A stretch of 64,000 nt of DNA from the human T2T-CHM13v2.0 reference genome, Homo sapiens: the NCBI RefSeq assembly GCF_009914755.1, contig NC_060931.1; one strand, 5' to 3'. The notes beneath the pieces are model-generated. The model searched no databases. It had not been told where the DNA came from and worked only from the letters and a program-made list of their open reading frames with translations. This document shows positions 1 to 13,329 of the stretch, piece by piece. The position numbers and the translations under genes were made by a program. Positions within the stretch are counted from its first letter, which is position 1. Each line of letters opens with the position of its first letter.

Positions 1-731
1 ATCATTGAAATGACTGGGCCTCAGTTCCTTCACCTATGAAGTAAGGTGATAAATGAAATGTGATTTATTGTCTTCTCTGGGGATCAAATATGTCATTACT
101 GTGTGATAGTACTTTATCCAAATTTAAAACAGCTTTTTACAAAATTCATTTTTCTTGAGAGATCAGATAGCAGGCTCCCATTAGCTTGTCACTGGGGATC
201 TTGTTGACTTAAGTCTTACACAGTCTGTCTCCCTTGGGAAAATAGTGAGTGGGGAAGTTTCTGTGAGAGACAGGGGTGATGCATGACAACAGAGATCCAG
301 GGCACTGGGGACATCACAGTTGTTGTCGGATGATTCAGTGAAGAAGCATCATTGTAGGATGATGCACCAAAGGAAGCACCCAATGCTGGCAAGCAAGAGC
401 TAGTAGGCTATACCTGGTGCAGACTGAAGATGAGAGAAGCAGTCATCACTACATCATGGATGTATTGCAGGACCCAAACAGGGGTGGTGTTTGGAGTTTA
501 GATAGTTTAGCCACAGTAAAGCCCTGCAAAGAACAGTATCACTATAGGATTCTTTTGTTCTCATCCTTAATTCATTCCCTCGACAAAATTTGTTAAGCAT
601 CTATTATGTGTCAGACCTTGAAGAAAGAGCAGTAAAGACAGACACCCATAACCCTATGCCTAGGACACTTGCACTAGCCCATCGTGTTCTAAAGAATCAA
701 CAACATAGAACATCTTTTTAAAGTTCACATC

Positions 732-1118
732 TGTATTTGGCTAGCTAGGGCTGTCATAACACAATACCACAGATTGGGTGGCTTAAGCAACAGGAATTAA
801 TTTTCTCACAGTTCTGGAGCCTAGAAGTTCAATATCAAAATGTTGGCAGATTTGATTTCTCCTAAGGCTTCTCTCCTGGGTCCTTGGATGACCTTCTTCT
901 CATTGTGGCCTCACAAGCTTTTCTCTGTTCATGCGCATCCCTGCTGTCTCTTTCTTTTCTTATAAGGACATCAGTCATTTTGTATTAGGGCCCCACCCTT
1001 ATGATCTCATTTAACCTTAATTACCTTTTCAAAGGACTTATTGATTGCTGAATACAGTCCCATTGGGCTTAGGACTTCAATATGCGAATTCTGAGGAAAC
1101 ACAATTCAGTCCATAACG
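732..1118 (-). mobile_element. MaLR solo LTR (MLT1A/B-like)
   Basis: ctagggctgtcataacacaataccacagattgggtggcttaa...ctcacagttctggag...cacaattcagtccataac. Confidence 0.85.
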
Positions 1119-1139
1119 ATATTAATGTCCAGGGTTGGC

Positions 1140-1325
1140 TTTGGTTGAAACCCCAGCTCTTCATCTCATCAACTATATAACTTTGGTCAAGTTACTTAAC
1201 CTCTTTACAGTTCAGTTTACTCTTCTGTAAAGGTGACTAATAATACTTTTATAAAGCTCTCATGAGGAATTAAATAGGTAGTGTTTGTAAAGTGCTTAAT
1301 AGGGTCCAGCACCTAGTAGGTGCCC
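1140..1325 (+). mobile_element. MIR SINE
   Basis: ctttggtcaagttacttaacctct...cagtttactcttctgtaaa...gtaaagtgcttaa MIR core. Confidence 0.75.
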
Positions 1326-2544
1326 CAATCTTACCCACTATGCTGTTCTTTAAATACTGACCAAAGATATTTACTTTTTGCTTTCTTTGGGCAATAGATT
1401 TGACTTTATTACCTTTTCTTGTGAATCTACTAATAAATTAGGCTTTTCTTTTTCTTGGAACCTCGCAACTCACACCCCTTTTCTTACCATTTCCAAAAAC
1501 AAAATATCTACTGGAATCATCAGCTTTAGCCCTAATTGTAAAGGATCAAGGATAGGAAAATGTTGAGCTTATCAAATACCACTTAGGTGGGAAAAGGTAA
1601 TTATTTTGTTTCCCAAGGCAAACACAAAAAGAAATTTGGCATTAGAAGATGAAAGTAGATAATTTTTAAGTTACCAAATCAAGATGCTGTTTGCAGAAAT
1701 ATTTGGTCCACAGTAGATGATTCATTTAAAAAATACACTTTACCTGACACAGTGCAAAAGTTAAAATGATTTTTATTTTATTTTGCGGTTTAGCTTTAAT
1801 ACAACCTGCTAAAATGGCACAGAATCAATACTGCAATGAAAAACCTCTGTTTCTTTGTTGAGTCTGGTGTCTGTCAATAGGTTTCTAGGGGCATCTGATC
1901 ATTATTTAAGCTTAAACTCAATTATTCAGAAAATGCCCTGTGGCCCTAGCATCAGCATAAAATAGCAGCAAGACCTTACTAAACTGCTCAGAACTGGGTG
2001 AAGAGTTTCATTTCCCAACTTTCAGGGTGAAATGTTCAAGGCATCTGAGGAAGGATAGTGTACCACATTAAACATGCACAGTGCATATGAAACCTGTTTT
2101 GTTAATGGGCACAATAGTATTATATTTAACTCTGGGAATATTTCCACCAGGAAGCAACAGGCTGCATTTAGATTATACAAAGGAGACTGTGCCTAAATTC
2201 CTTTTCTTTTAAGTCATTCCCTTTCCGTTTTAAATACCTTCACATCCACTTTCAGGACAGGTAGCTTAATTTCTATCATGTGCGGCTTTTCAGAGCATTA
2301 GCTTTGTTTCAGATTCCAATGATTGAGCTATGCTGGATGTGCTTGGAAAAGCCTGCAAAGACCCACATTCACTCAGGAAACTACAGTTGAACTAGATCCA
2401 TATGTGGCTAGAAAACATGTAGCTTTCTGATTGGAGGTAGTTCCTGGCTTCCAGCATTATCACAGATGATTTTTGTCCTTTGATGTGCTGCGAAATAGAA
2501 AGTAATGTTAGAAGCAAAATGCGGGGATTTTTTTTTTCTTAGTT

Positions 2545-2720
2545 ACCATTGACTGAGAGCTTACTGCTTCCAGCATCGTCTTGTGCTGTGTTAAGCACTT
2601 TATATGTATTGACTGATTGAATGCTAACAATAATCCTATGAGGAAGGAGTATTATTCCATTTTTCTTAGGTCACGGATCGGTGAATGAACTTGCCCGTGT
2701 TTGAATAGTTTGCAAGTGGA
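2545..2720 (-). mobile_element. MIR SINE
   Basis: aagcactttatatgtatt...aacaataatcctatgagg...tattattccattttt...aacttgccc. Confidence 0.65.
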
Positions 2721-4059
2721 ACTGCTGGTTTACGAGGTCTCTAACGCTAAGGCAACAAAATAGATAAGGTGCCATTGCACCAAATGTCAATGATGTCCTT
2801 GCCAATGCTACCACCTAAAAGAATAGGATAAAGTAGAGGAGGATTTGCCCAAAGCTTGCTTCCTTTTAATGTCTGTTTAAAAGTATATTTAAAGCCTAAC
2901 AATTTCTCGAAATCCTGGGGTTATACCAGTCTGTAGGTACCAAATTTTGGTGTATGACTCAAACAAATTATTGGTAGTCATTCTCTCTTGGTACAATTTA
3001 TGTTGATAGGTGTAACTTATTAATACAAATTCCTAAAACATTTCTAATTTTACTTCTGGCTTCACCTTTTCTTTCTATCCTTTTATCCAAATAGAACTCT
3101 TTCTTTAAACAGTTTGCAAAGAAAAGCATTTCTCTATGAAGTTAATGCTTCTCAAATTATTATGCGGTAAGGGGCAAGGTTTTGTTTACTTACATTTCAT
3201 TTCCTATATCTGTTGTGAAGAAATACTTGTATATGAGGCAATAAATACAAATTACTAAAAGTGAGATACAAAAGACATAGAACATAAAAACTCCAGTTAT
3301 TTTTTATTAGATTCAACAGATCATGTCTGGCCTTGTCCTCAGGCAGAGGCTGGAATCCTTCAGTAACACACCTCTGTAAGAGTTAGAGGACTTCTATTCT
3401 CCCAGGGCACTGCCCTGAGAAACCTCCTTGAATTAAGCTTTGATGGTTACCACACAAGGAATCAACTCAACTAGTTCTGCTGAGACTTTTTTTTTTTTTT
3501 TTGCCTTTCCCACTTTAGAATTTTCAAACTTTGTGTGAAAATAAATCACCCTGGGTAGCAGAAGTTATGCACTGCCAGGCCAGAAGCCATATTCAACACA
3601 TACATAGATTTCTCTTAGCTTGGCTGGGGATTTTTAAGTGAATTATTGTCAATATTTAAGATAGAAAAATTGCACCTAAGAATACAATATTTAGGGCTAC
3701 TAATAAATACCATGCTATCATTTCCTTAAGACAAAAATTGTTTGGAACTGTGTAGCCATGGTCCTTTTAGCTGGGACACAAACACTCCAGTCAACCATAG
3801 TTCCAACCAGAGAACCTGTCCCTCATCCCCAGTTACCTGACATTATGTCTATGTCCCCATTGTGGCTTTCGGTGTCATTTGAACACGTGGCTACTTCTTT
3901 AGCCCTAATCTGTACCCCTTCTATATTCGAGTCTTTCTGGGTATTATTATTATTATTATTATTTGGTTTTTGTCTCTGTCTGTGGACTCATGGACACTAC
4001 TTGATTCCAATACATATAAGACAATTAATCCCTTTAACACCAAGGAAATCCTCTCCTCT

Positions 4060-4200
4060 CCTCTCCTTTTCTTCTCTTTTCTTTTCTTTCGTATCTCACC
4101 TTGTTACCCAGACTGGCCTCAAATTTCTAGACTCAAGTGATCCTCCCGCCTCAGCTTTCTGAGTAGCTGGGTCTGTAGGCACACACCACCAAAAGCTAGC
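4060..4200 (-). mobile_element. Alu monomer (FLAM-like)
   Basis: T-rich tail followed by tctcaccttgttacccagactggcctcaaa...ctcaagtgatcctcccgcctcagc. Confidence 0.8.
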
Positions 4201-4767
4201 TCAAGAATTTTTTTTTTACAACCTAGTAAACATTTAATTTATTCCTGATTCAAATCCGAGGAGGCATTTTAGAAGAGAAGGTTGCTACTATTGCTCTCAG
4301 TGTGAACAATAAGAGGACAAAACAAAAAACAAAAAACAAAAAAAAAACTGAAGGCCACCAGGTGCTTGCCCCAGACATTTGCAGAAGCACAGAGACTTCT
4401 GGATAGGAGAGCACTCAGGAAGCATCTTTATGTTCTTGCAAAATCCTGAGTTGGTCATGGGTTTTTATCATTTTAATTCATGTTCTTAACTCACAGTGGA
4501 ATAAAGAAATGGTGTAAACAACGGTTTTGAAATGTTATACCCATCTCTCAGCTGCTCAGAATCTGTTTCAAAGATAGTGAACAATTAGAAGGGTGGGTTA
4601 CTCAGAATCAGTGCCCACATATATTTCACTTAACAGAATGAATCATGGCCACTCAAAGGCAGCAGACTTTCCATGTACTCCCAGCCTGCCACGTGTGTAG
4701 TATGAACCCAACATTCTCATGAACAACAGTTTCTCAAAAACTTGGCTTTTAATAGGTAGCAATTGCT

Positions 4768-4810
4768 TGTGTGTGTGTGTGTGTGTGTGTTTGTGTGTGC
4801 ATGTGTGTGT
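4768..4810. repeat. (TG)n microsatellite, interrupted
   Basis: Direct reading. Confidence 0.95.
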
Positions 4811-5157
4811 TTTGTATAGACTCATAAATTATATGATGTTCCTTGACCCTTTATTTTGCCAATGATATTATATAATTATTTCTTTTTGAAATCATCAGAT
4901 AAAATTGCAGTACTTTCCTTTGGCGTATTAAGGACTGGTAAGGTGAGAATGAAGCAAAGGAATGGGAAGAACTATGAAGAGTTTTTACTGGTTCTGTCAC
5001 TAACATTTGTGACACTTAAGAAACCAAGGGCAGAACAATGCTTAAAAATAAATATATAACAGCATTGATTCTGTTCAGTAGACAGAATTATTTGGACAAA
5101 TTCAGGGAAAGGACACTGATTAAAGTTATTTTTGGTTGTATACCAAAAAAAAAAATC

Positions 5158-5308
5158 ATGCATTGTAGGATGCGTAGTGGCATTCCTGGCTCTATGCACT
5201 AGAAGCCAGTAGCACACCTCCCTTACTCAGTCATGACAACAAAAAATGTCTCCAGAAAGTGCCAAATGACCCCTTAGATGCAAAATCACTGTCATTGAGA
5301 TCCACTGC
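5158..5308. mobile_element. MER20 (hAT-Charlie) fragment
   Basis: tgcattgtaggatg...ccagtagcac...tgacaacaaaaaatgtctccaga...gccaaatg...ttgagatccactg terminal repeat. Confidence 0.8.
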
Positions 5309-5624
5309 TCTACCATAATAGCAGACAAATCACAACACTCAAGAAAAGCTCAACTCTTCTAGGTACCACTTGAAACATTTGATTTAAAAAAAATATTTTA
5401 GCACTTTTAACAGGGTAGGGTTTCAATACCGTGAAAGAAAAAACATTCTTGCAGGTCTTAGCTAATTTATTTAATTAGAAAACTCTTTATGCATATATGA
5501 TTAGAATCTGTTTTTTAAAATACCATTTTATTATTTATTTTACTTTTTGGATTTTGATTTTACTAGCATAAAAATTACTATGGGCTAACAGCTCATAGTT
5601 TTCTCAGTTCTTTTTCTACCTTCT

Positions 5625-5790
5625 CTAATTACTAGCTGAATAACCGCTGAATTTCATATATAAAACTGCTTAATAATAGCATCTACATTAATGGTCGCTG
5701 TAAGAATTGTATTAGTTACTATGGGCAAAAGCTTTGCACAGTGCCTGGATCTTAGTAAATACTCAATAATTGCTAGACAATAATATTATT
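5625..5790 (+). mobile_element. MIR SINE
   Basis: taataatagcatctac...cacagtgcctgg...tagtaaatactcaataa. Confidence 0.7.
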
Positions 5791-6386
5791 GTTATTGTCA
5801 TTATTATTTCTAAATAAAAAGAAAATAACTTTATAGAGTAGGGAAGTATATAATAAAACTGAAAACATGGACTGTTAAATTTTAGTTTTTTATTACTTTC
5901 TCTATGTATTTTCTGAATTGCATTCTGCTATGACTGAGTAAACGAAATCATGTTTCTGCTATTCATGTTCCCTAAGTTATGTTTAACTCAGCACTCATCC
6001 TTTTTATCCCTTATTCTGGATCACCACTAGTAAGAGAGATTGCAACATGTTATTCTTCTTTTAAATGTGAACAGCATTATGTAGTAGCTAAGTTTTAATA
6101 AATAGATGTATAACTAGCGCTTTACTGGCCCTAACTCTTTATCCTCTTGTAGTCCCTCCATGCCTCCATAGAGAGGAGTATCTTCCTAATTATTTTAGGA
6201 GCTTCAGGTAATGCCTAATGTGAATAGTACCATGTGCTTCTGAATGCAAGATGTTTTTTCCCATCGCCCTTTCCTTCCTTCCTTCCTTTCGTCCTTCCTT
6301 CCTTCCTCTCTCTCATGTACTTTTTGCTCACATACACTTCCTGTGTCCCCTGTTTCTGTCACACCTCTTGGGTATGGCTGGCTGGC

Positions 6387-6852
6387 TTCCTTCCTTCCTT
6401 CCTTCCTTCCTTCCTTCCTTCCTTCCCTCCCTCCCTCCTTCCTTCCTTCCTTCCTTCCTTCCCTCCCTCCCTCCCTCCCTCCCTCCCTCCCTCCTTCCTT
6501 CCTTCCTTCCTTCCTTCCTTCCTTCCTTCCCTCCCTCCCTCCCTCCCTCCCTCCCTCCTTCCTTCCTTCCTTCCTTCCTTCCTTCCTTCCTTCCCTCCCT
6601 CCCTCCCTCCCTCCTTCCTTCCTTCCTTCCCTCCTTCTTTCCTCCCTTCCTCCCTTCCTTCCTTTTTGCTCACATATCACTTTCTGTGTCCTCGGTTTCT
6701 GTTGCATGCGCCTCTTGAGTCTAGCTTTCTTTCCTTCCTTTTCTTTTTTCTCTCTTTCTTTCTTTTCTTTCTTTCTTTCCTTCCTTCCTTCCTTCCTTCC
6801 TTCCTTCCTTCCTTCCTTCCTTCATTCCTTCCTTCCTTCTCTTTTCTTTCTT
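6387..6852. repeat. Compound (CCTT)n/(CCCT)n/(CTTT)n polypyrimidine tracts at 6387-6662 and 6727-6852
   Basis: Direct reading; source of the low-complexity ORFs at 6204-6999. Confidence 0.97.
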
Positions 6853-8456
6853 TGTTCCCAGTGAGTACTGCTGGCCCCTGCTGATGCACATTACCGATAT
6901 TCTGGGGTCTTTACATTGCCAAGTGCTCAGGATTCTATGAGGTTTATAGAGAAACAGAAAATGTGCTTCCTTCCCTCTTTTAAGGTCATAATTTTTCAAA
7001 TTGATACCAAAGTGTTCTACGTAATTCTCATGTTTTTAGAGGGTTTAAAATGCTTTGCCTATTTTAGTTACTTATAATCTCCTGTGTTTCTCAACCCCTT
7101 TCTACCCTATTAGATAGACAGGACTCTGGGAGTGTGGGTTGGGAGAGAATCTCAATGAGAGATTCTGTGCTACTTCAGATTGTGCCTCCTCCTCTGATGA
7201 CTAAATCTTTCTTATGGGCCAAGCTCCTGTGACTCTCACCCTAAAGTGGGGTTCTACTCAATCTCACCGAGTGTGTTTGTTCCCTCACACAGAAAGACTT
7301 TTTGTGGAATAGCTTCACTTACACTTCTCAACCCCAGTTTTGGATGTATGTTAGGTCCAGACCCTCCTACATATTTATAAAGTGAGTTGAACTTTGGGAT
7401 GCCTATTTCAAAACTGATAGATTTTAATTCTGGCAATAAAACAAGGCCTCTGTGGACCTATTTCTCAGCAGACTACTAAAGCTGCCTTCATGCTTGGTAC
7501 ATTAGTTACATCATTAGAAACATTTGAAAGTTAAAAGCATACTGTTTTTAGAATGGTACATAAAGCAAGGCTTGGTAAAGATTCCAGAGGAATCTGAAGG
7601 TAGGAATATTTAGGGATTTCCATACTGTAAAATACAGTTAAACCTCACTAGCCTGTGTGTACAGCATATCCTTAGAGACTTCTGCCCAGAATCCTGGCTA
7701 GATTTTTATCCCTGCCATTTGGCAAAATAAATTCCTGACCTTGGAAATAAATGGGACACAATATTTCCCATGCTCCCTCAGATGTGTGATGAATATGTTA
7801 TTTATTTTTTCTCCCAATTATAGTGATCCTCTCCATAATTAATAATCTATCAGCCTCTTCCAGTTTGAATAACTTCCTTTCAGTTTAGAAATACTGTCTT
7901 TTCAAGATCACCTTATTATTGGACTTAATGTCTTTAGGTAATTGCTTAGCCTCTCAGATTCCTCTTTGAAGATGGCATTTGGGCACCTGAGGGAGGGATG
8001 GAGAGCTGAAGGGGTACCTGGATCCTCCTGCTGTCCTCTGAACACTCAGGGTTCCATGGCAACCTCTCTGCACCACCTGACTCTTCCTGAAGTTGAAGCT
8101 GAGGTCGGCAGCAGATTAACTCCTGATTACTGACTTCTCTGCCAGCTGGAGCTTGGCAGGGTTCCCGGGCTCCAGTAGCCTCCCTTTGGCTCACATTGGT
8201 AATGGGGTTCCTCTGAACCCCTCTGTGGACTCCATTTGGCTCCACCCATAGTTAAACCATTTCACAGGCTCTCCGATATCATACCCCTTGGAGGATTGTG
8301 AGAACTTGAGACTTCCAGCTGCACTCTACAGGAACCAAGAGCATCTCAGGAATGCTGTAGCTTAATCTTCCATTAGTTTTTCATACCACTCTGCAGACTT
8401 TATTATATGGTGGCCACAGTTTAGTGTAGACATGACTTCAAAAAGTCCCAAATATT

Positions 8457-8755
8457 GGCTGAATGCGGTGGTTCACACCTGTCATCCCAGCATTTTGGGA
8501 GGCTGAGGCAGACGGATCACCTGAGGTCAGGAGTTCAAGACTAGCCTGGCCAACATGGTGAAACCCCATCTCTACTAAAAATACAAAAATTAACTCAGTG
8601 TGGTGGCGGGTGCCTGAAATCCCATCTACTTGGGAGGCTGAGGCGGAAGAATGGCTTGAACCCAGGAAGCAGAGGTTGCAGTGAGCCAAGATCGAGCTAC
8701 TGCACTCCAGCCTGGATGACAGAGCGAGACTCTGTTTAAAAAAAAAAAAAAAAAA
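8457..8755 (+). mobile_element. AluS (Sx/Sz-like), full length
   Basis: Dimeric Alu, A18 tail, TSD aaaaagtcccaaatatt / aaaaagacccaaatatc. Confidence 0.95.
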
Positions 8756-9249
8756 GACCCAAATATCAACCAAAGTGAAGGCTCACCGACCATTTTGTCA
8801 ACTTACCTGAAACATTTTTGTCTCTCGTTTGCTCACATGTCGCTTTCTGTGTTCCTTGTTTGTGCCGCACCCCTTGAGTCCAGCTTTCTGCAGTCTTTCA
8901 GGACCAGAAGAGATGGATTTTAGGTTTTCCTTCCACTCAATGTATTCTATATGTACCCTAATCAACAAACATGCCTGGTTGTCACAGGTAGAAGGGGTCT
9001 CTACTCTGAATCATTCAGAGAAGAAATAATCATATTCTTTCGATGCTATCACTAACACAGGACCGTGATCCGAGACAACCAGGTTCAGTTCTTGATATGT
9101 AAAGGAATTTGGGAAAATATCATCTCTCACCACAAAATCTGTATTTTTATGTATATTTAAGCAAAATCCTGTTTTGGTCATCATTTTCTTTACCTTTCTT
9201 CTATATCCATCCTAATCTCCCTTTCAGCTCATGTACTATTACTCCTTAA

Positions 9250-9330
9250 TGCACACGCAGACACATACACGCGCACACACACACACACACACAGTCTCTC
9301 TCTCTCTCTCTTTCTCCCTTTCTGTCTCTC
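9250..9330. repeat. (CA)n-(CT)n compound microsatellite
   Basis: Direct reading. Confidence 0.9.
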
Positions 9331-10211
9331 ACTGGGAAAAAGAATAAGTTGTTGGAGAGACAAAGGAGAATTTATGTGCATGGAAAGAAAAATGACAAAG
9401 CATATTTTTTCAGAATATAGTAGTTCTATTTTTAAGAATTTGCCTTGCATGTCTTCTCAACTTTAGCAAGACCTTAGTAGTAGGCCACTGTGCTCAGGGT
9501 GGCTCCCTGCTCCACTGTCATTTATTTCCTTTCCAGCCTCATCTATTACATCTTGCATTATTTTTCCATTTCCAGAGCCAACTTTATGCCACTGTCCTTC
9601 AACTTCCAAATGTGAGGGTGCCTGTCTTCTTATAGTTCCAAACCCTTCTGATCTCTACTTTCATCATTATTGCATTGCCATTTCAGCCCCTTAATCCTGC
9701 ATATCTGTATGCATTCCAAGCAAATCCTTCTTTCCCTTTTTTCTTCCCCTCAAGCTCCAAAATATCTTATTCTATGCAAGGAACCACTATCAGTTGATGA
9801 ACTCAACTGTTTTCTCTTACCTATAGTTTTTTCCTACTGTCAAGATGTTCTTCAGCAGTTGAAATCAGAGCTCTCTTAAGGAAGTGGCCCTCTTGATGCT
9901 ATCACTAATATAGGGAAATTGGTTGGAGAGATTGACAACCAATGAGAGGGACAAAGAGGGAGGAAAAATATTTTTACCATTGAGAATATTGGAAAGTGGA
10001 TATAGATGTTCTTCTAGTGACACAGATTATAGCATAATTCATGAGTTATGTATCCTGTTTTATCATTGAAGTTCTTATGAAACTGTAACATGGAAAATAC
10101 ATGTGGGGAGCTTTTGGCAGCTAATTTGGCCCTGAACCCCATTTGGATCATCATGCCTTAGGAAAGTATGCTTGTAATTTGACTTATGAACAAGCTTTTG
10201 GGATTTAATCT

Positions 10212-10576
10212 TACTATGAACTGAAGAGTGTGCCCTCAAAATTTATGTACTGAAGCTCAAATCGCTAATCTGATTATATTTGACTACCTTTTGAAAGTAA
10301 TTAAGATTAAATTAGGTCATAAGGTACTGTGTGCTAATCCAATAGGACTGATATCCTTACATGAAGAGGAACTTTAGTACAAGGAAAGGGCATGTGAGGA
10401 TGTAGCAGAAAGGTGGCCATCTGCAAGCCAAGAGGAGAGTCCTCACCAGTCACCAAATGGGTTGGCACCTTTATCTTGAACTTCAAAGCCTCCAGAATTG
10501 TGAGAAATAAAATTTCTTTTGTTTAAGCTACCTACCCCTTGGTATTTTGTTATGGCAACCTGAATGGACAAAGACA
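10212..10576 (+). mobile_element. MaLR solo LTR (MLT1A/B-like)
   Basis: ggccatctgcaagccaagagg...ttggcacctttatcttgaacttc...gcctccagaattgtgagaaataaa...ggtattttgttatggcaacc. Confidence 0.85.
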
Positions 10577-11809
10577 AACTTGTTTGTAAATTCAGAATTA
10601 AGTACAATTACCTATTTATGAACAGATTATATCCACAAAACTTGACCATTACCGTTTATAAACATTTATAAACTAAATGTAGGTAAAACATAGGTTGAGG
10701 TGGTATTGAGATAAATATTGTTTTTGTTTAAATATAAATAAATTAATGGATGATAAATCCCATAGTTTCCTAAAGAGAACTTCTTTAGGGATAAGCCTAA
10801 ACATTGGTTATGAGTCAAAATATCAATCATCCACTGGATACCTATGTGCTCAACATTCTTTATGATCAATAAACATAGCTTTATTATAAAAGTAACCCCC
10901 ACCCGGCAACTCACAGTAGGTACTCAATGAATGTTAACTGAATTAAAACAAAACTACCATTATTAGTAGAAGTTTAGACACCAAAATTAATGTCACAAAC
11001 ATCTTTGGCAGATAGAAAGGTATGGACAGGCATATGGGTATCACGCAAACGTATTTGTGGCTACCTAATGCCCTTTAGTATGGTCAAAGATACAGCACTC
11101 TCTGCTGCTGGAATGTTTTTCTAATCAAGTTCAGTATTTATAATTTTTTGGAAGGAAATTTGCCACTGCTTTAAGAAATAAAGAAAGAAACAAAGCTTAT
11201 GATGTACTCCAAAGTTGAGTAAAAAGGGCTTAGGAATTTTACATGGTTCTTGAGTCACCGAATACATCTTTTGGAATTTATTTATTTTATTTTTTTGCTT
11301 GCTTCCCCAGTAACTTAAATTCTGATTAATGCAGGCTTTTCTTTGGTACTAGTAGCTCTGTAGTGGTGGGAAAACTGACTAAAACCTATATAATACATGG
11401 TAAATAATGGTTTTTATTTTTCAACTTGTGCAGTCATCTTCCTTAAGAATATAGCTACACAAAGCTTAAACAACTACTTATTTATATTGGTTCAGTAAAA
11501 TAATAAAACCTTCAATTTAGAGGGCAAATGATTAGGTCTCAGTGTCCATTTCAATGATTCCTTCACTCTTTAGCTGACAGTGCAGACCATGATGGTATCG
11601 ACTATGATAGGGGATGCTGGCTCCTAGAAAGCACGGGTTTCTTCAGGAGGGTGATGGAAAGGCATGTGCTGACAGGGTCAGAGTTCTGTGTGAGAGTCCC
11701 GTGGTCTTCAGAACAGCCTTTCTAAGCCACAGTGTACTCATTCAATCAACACGTAGGCCTCTACTATGTGCCAGGCTTTACAAAACAGGTATAACAGTAG
11801 CTGAAATGG

Positions 11810-12020
11810 TAGTAGCTAGCTTTTGCTTACCACTTAGTCATTTAATCCTCACTAAAATCGTATGCAGATGGTACTTTAAAAAGTTGGTATTTTCACAGAT
11901 AAAGGAACCAAGGCACAGAGCCATTAATTAATTAATTCTCCAATGTCACTCAGGTTTTAATGATGAAGCCATGATTTTACCCCACCAGTTTGATTCCAGA
12001 AACTTCACTACTATACTGCT
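11810..12020 (-). mobile_element. MIR SINE
   Basis: tcatttaatcctcac...tttcacagataaaggaaccaaggcacagag. Confidence 0.75.
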
Positions 12021-13329
12021 GTTTATAGGATCTTGATTTTCTTTTATTATGTATGCACTTATTTACTGTTCTCATTTATTATTTTTGTATTCATTGTTCT
12101 TGGTAGTATTTAAGTGTGTAAGAACCTCATGAGAAAAAGGCATGTGAATATTCTTAGAAAACTACTTAGTTCACTGTGAATGTGTGTTGTTATTATTTAT
12201 TGTATTTGTTCCATGTGATTAGGCCCCTTGCATTTAATTCTCTTTTTTTTTTTAAAAAAAAAAAAAAAGCTTTGTTTTATGCAGAATTTCTCCCCTTTGA
12301 TCCATTTGGGAAGTCTTGCTATTTACAGTCACAAACTTTGTATTCTATTTCCTGGTGCTTCAAATAACTTATGTGTCCTAAAATTAGAGACTTCTACCAT
12401 CTGGTACTGTTTTTTTATGTTATGAAGTATTTTATATATTAAAAATATAACATATGATAATTATAAACCACCATTGTTGCTCTTTTCATGTATGCATTAT
12501 TATGTGTTTTCATTGCATTCATGAAAAAGGGTAAACAGCATTTTATAAAGGGAAATCCAGAATATTGGTACATGCTTTGTTTTGATAATAATGTTCTCTA
12601 GTAGATAAGCAACCATCTATTTTACTGGCTTATCCAATTTTAACAATACCAGTTTGAACTGAAACAATCTGACAAATTATACTGAAAGTTAGAAATCTTA
12701 AGCTTATACTTTGAACATCACATTTCTCCTTGCAATTTGCTGTTATTGTTTTAAGTGTGAGGACCACACACTCCTTCCATTTAGTTGGAGAACCTGACTT
12801 GTGGTTGCTACTTTCTACTCCCTGACTGCTGCTGCTACCTGCCTAATAATTGTGTTTGGCTCCCTGTAAACCTGCAGTCAGAAAGGTATTTGAATTTTCC
12901 CCCTCTAGCACTTGCAAATCCGATTTTTATGTATAACTAAGTGCTCTTAGTTTTTACTCTATCTACTACTGGGGCCTGGTTTCTAGCAGGCCTGTAACTA
13001 AGCCAGATCCGGCCTATGTAATGCTGTTTGTAATGAGAAATCTAAACAGGGAATGGCAGTGAGGCATGGCAGGAATGTGTTTCCATTGGAGAAGTCAGTG
13101 TAGAGAAAAAGTATAAGCAAAGCCATGTCCAGAAGGCCTTTTCAGCTGGCCAAGACGGAAGACTAATGTTATTGTACATAGGCTGTTACCCTGCCAGCCC
13201 TTCCTCACAGATTTGCTTTCTCTCTCTGTCCCTCTTCCCCTGCGACCTCTTCCCCTTTTACCCCTTTCATCTCTTCCTTCTCTTTCGCTTTCTTCTTCTG
13301 TCTTCGGACTCTGCTGACTGTTTGCTCAG

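Noticed and set aside
4354-4370. GGCCACCAGGTGC, partial CTCF motif
   Set aside because: The 3' GGC core is missing.
6204-6999. Long ORFs (up to 216 aa) on both strands
   Set aside because: Translations of CCTT/CCCT microsatellites that lack stop codons; no splice or codon evidence.
9426-9435. MEF2 consensus CTATTTTTAA
   Set aside because: Isolated AT-rich 10-mer, expected by chance in this composition.
12243-12268. T11A15 self-complementary run
   Set aside because: Simple homopolymer juxtaposition, common in introns.
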